From Candidatus Dadabacteria bacterium (lineage in GTDB: Bacteria > Desulfobacterota_D > UBA1144 > Nemesobacterales > CSP1-2): 64,000 bases of DNA. Below the pieces are notes generated by a model, which saw only the letters and a list, made by a program, of their open reading frames with translations, was not told the DNA's origin and ran no database searches. Positions 61,123 through 64,000 of the stretch are shown here, piece after piece. The stretch is from NCBI GenBank assembly GCA_963805855.1, contig CAWDVW010000005.1:992001-1056000 (forward strand). Direction: 5' to 3'. How positions within the stretch are numbered: the first letter of the stretch is position 1; each line of letters begins with the position of its first letter. A program made the translations under genes and the position numbers.

Positions 61123-64000
61123 GTGGAGTCGCCGTTCGTCGGGGACAGCGAGATGGCGCAGCGCATGCGCGAGGTCGACTGGGCCGGTACGCCCCTCGGG
61201 CCGCCGGCGGGTTGGCCGCCCGCACTGCGCACGGCCGTCGAGCTGCTGCTGCGTTCGCAGCTTCCGATGTACGTCGCGGCGGGCCCGCGGTGGTCGCTGC
61301 TCTACAACGACGCCTACGCCCCGATGCTCGGGGCGCGGCACCCGGACGCGCTCGCGGCGGCGTTCGCGGACGCCTGGCCCGAGGTGTGGCCGGGTCTGCA
61401 GCCCGTGCTGGCGGACGCGCTGGCCGGCAAGGCGGTCTTCCAGGAGGACATGCCGATGCTGCTCGCCCGCCGCGGCTGGCCGGAGGAGGCGTGGTTCACC
61501 TACTCGCTGAGCGCGATCGGCGGCGAGGACCCGGGCGCGGACGGGGTGTTCTGCGCCTGCACCGAGACCACCGCGCAGGTCGTCGGCGAGCGGCGGCTGC
61601 GGGCGCTGGGCGAGCTCGCCGAGCTGGGCAGCGCGACGGACGTGGAGGCGGCGGGTGCGGCCGCCGTCGAGGTCCTGTCGCGCTACCGCGCGGACGTCCC
61701 GGCCGCGCTGCTCTACCTGCTCGGCGACGACGGCGCGCGCCTGGTGGCCGCCGAGGGCGTCGAGCCGGGTGGGGCCGCTGGCCCCGCGGACCGTCGGCGA
61801 CGACGGGTTCTGGGCACCGGCGCTCCGCGAGGTGGTGTCGAGCGAGCACAGCACGGTCGTCGAGGGACTCGCCGCCACCCTGCCCGAGGGGCGGCTGCCC
61901 GGCGCGGGCCCGCTGCATCCCGGGCTGCTCGGCGGCGAGCGGCACGACGAGCGTCCGTTCGACGCTGCCGTCGTCCTGCCCGTCCGCATCGGCGCCGGCG
62001 GGCCCGCCGCCGTGCTGGTCGCCGGCGTGAGCCCGTACCTGCCGTTGGACGAGGAGTACCGGGCGTTCCTCGAACTGGTCGGCCATCACCTGTCCACGGC
62101 GGTGACGGCGGCGGACGCCTTCGCGGCCCAGCAGCGGCGCGCCGAACGACCTGACCGAGCTGGACCGGGCCAAGACGGCGTTCTTCGCCCGGATCAGCGA
62201 CGAGTTCCGCACGCCGCTCACGCTGGTGCTCGGGCCGGTCGCCGAGCTGCGCGACGCCGCGCCGCCCGGTTCGGGCCTGCGCACCGATCTCGAGCTCGTG
62301 CACCGCAACGCGCAGCGCCTGCGGCGGATGGTCGACCGGCTGCTGGAGCTCTCGCGGCTGTACGCGGGGCAGGTCGACCCGCACTTCGAGCCGGTCGACC
62401 TCGCCGCGCTCACGGCCGGCCTGGCCGGGATGTTCCGGTCTGCCGTCGACCACGCCGGGCTCACCCTCGAGCTGGACTGCCAGGAACTCGGCGAGCCCGC
62501 CTTCGTCGACCGGTCGATGTGGGAGCAGGTGGTGGTCGCCCTGCTCGCGCGGGCCGTCGCCGTCGCACTCCGGGCGGATCACGGTCACCCTCGGCCGGGA
62601 GGGCGGTTCCGCGGTTCTGCGGATGGCGGCCACCGGCACTGCTGCGACGCCGCCCGACGACGGCGGCGTCGGGCCGGCGCTGGTCACCGAGCTGGTGGGG
62701 TTGCTCGGCGGCACGGTGACCACCGATCCGGCGACCACGAGGCGGATGGCGGTCGGCCGTGACCGTCGCGGTGCCGCTGGGCCGCCACCACGTGCCACCC
62801 CGCCCCTCGGGTACGGCGCGCCGACGACTCCGGGCCGCTGCGGGTGCGTGTCCGTCACCGAGGCGCTGTGGTGGCTTCCCGGAGGCCGACGCCGGGGATC
62901 CGCCGTCCGTCCTCCTGCCGGACAACCCTGACGCGAGCCGCATCCTGGTGGTCGACGACCACGCGGACATGCGCGCCTACCTCACGCGGCTCCTCGGCCG
63001 CACGCACCGCGTCGAGGCCGTGGCGGACGGGGCGGCCGCGCTGGTCGCCGCCGTGGCCGACCCGCCCGACCTCGTGCTCGCCGACGTCTCGCTGCCCGGG
63101 TTGAGCGGCCTGGACCTGCTGACCGCGCTGCGGGGCGACCCGCGCACCTCCCTGGTGCCGGTGGTGCTCATGTCGGCGCGGGCCGGGCCGGAGGCCGCCG
63201 TCGAGGGTCTGGGCGCCGGCGCCGACGACTACCTCGTCACCCCGTTCTCGGCCCGCGAGCTGCGGGCACGCGTCGACGGCCGGGTGGCGCTCGGCCGGGC
63301 GCGTCGCGAGGCCGAGCGCCGCTTCCGGGCGATGGCCGACTCGACCCCCACGCTCATCTGGGCTGACGGGCCGGGCGGGCAGCGGCTCTTCGTCAACCGG
63401 GGCTGGCTGGAGTTCACCGGCGCCGAGCCCGACGCCGACCTGGGCCTGGCCTGGCAGGACCGGATCCATCCGGCCGACCGGGCGCACTACGGCCGCGTGC
63501 GCGCCGCCGCGGACGGCGGGCCGTTCGAGGTCGAGTACCGGCTGCGCGCCGCGAACGGCCACTACCGGTGGGTGCTCGACCGCGGGGCGCCGGCGGAGGG
63601 GTACGTCGGCGGCTACGTGGGGGGCTGCCTGGACATCGACAGCCGGGTCGGGGAGCGGGAGCGGCAGCGGCTGCTCGCGGTCATCGGCGCAGCCATGGAT
63701 CGGGAGACGACGGTTGTCGAGCGCCGGCAGACGCTCGTGCGCACCCTGGTCGACGAGGGCCTCGTCGACATGGCGCGGTTCGTCGAGATCAGCGACGGGC
63801 AGGCGACGGACGGCCTGGCCATCGCGGCGCACACCGCCGAGCAGGAGGCGGTGCTGCGCCAGCTCGACGTCGACTGGATGCGGGTGGGCCGGATGGTCAC
63901 CGCGGGCGAGGTGCGGCAGTACGACGTCGACGACGACTTCATCCTCGCCAGCAGCACGGACGAGCGGCAGCGCGAGCTGCGGCGCAGTGTGGGTTTCGGC
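61123..64000 (+). CDS. multidomain sensor protein (PAS/GAF-HisKA-like-REC-PAS), frameshifted and 3' truncated
   Basis: DWAGTPLGPPAGWP, YNDAY, ELDRAKTAFFARISDEFRTPL, ILVVDDHADMR, GADDYL, FRAMADSTP, WQDRIHPAD. Confidence 0.82.

Noticed and set aside
48652-64000. High-GC region as a horizontally acquired genomic island
   Set aside because: It holds core actinobacterial genes (prfB, ftsEX, smpB, ssrA), starts at an adapter-like sequence and has a different error profile, so it is a chimera

Overview
The window is almost certainly a chimera of two unrelated genomes joined at about 48,652-48,699, where a degraded back-to-back Oxford Nanopore adapter-like sequence sits. Left part (1-48,651; roughly 40% GC by eye, clean ORFs) is a Gram-negative, deltaproteobacteria-like chromosome (Desulfobacterota/Dadabacteria-like, by inference). 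It carries CIRCE-groES-groEL, cofC, radC, dnaB, prmC-murA-hisG, maf-yggS-proC-yggT-yggU, npdG, an accessory arsenite/fluoride resistance patch (arsR, acr3, USP, fluoride riboswitch-crcB-DUF190), glnD, nadB-korAB-nadC-nadA, a RAYT-like HUH nuclease with several families of REP-like palindromes, ggt, mepA, an orphan BppU-like gene, an AguB-AguA fusion, a glucan phosphorylase and a split comM that probably marks an island edge. Right part (48,700-64,000; over 70% GC by eye, many indels) is actinobacterial (Pseudonocardia-like): PIN toxin fragment, a complete IS1182-family element with IRs and a 6-bp TSD, tmRNA, amidohydrolase, smpB, vapBC, ftsX-ftsE-prfB, PadR, tyrosine phosphatase, a lytic transglycosylase with a structured leader, AI-2E transporter, fructosamine kinase and a hybrid sensor kinase. 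I found no CRISPR array, rRNA or tRNA. No single clearly new multi-gene system is demonstrable. The best leads are the twin C-rich-loop RNA leader, the RAYT/REP repertoire, the AguB-AguA fusion with a pseudoknot-capable leader, the repeat-flanked fluoride module and a catalytically degenerate beta-CASP protein. All family assignments come from motif recognition, not database searches.
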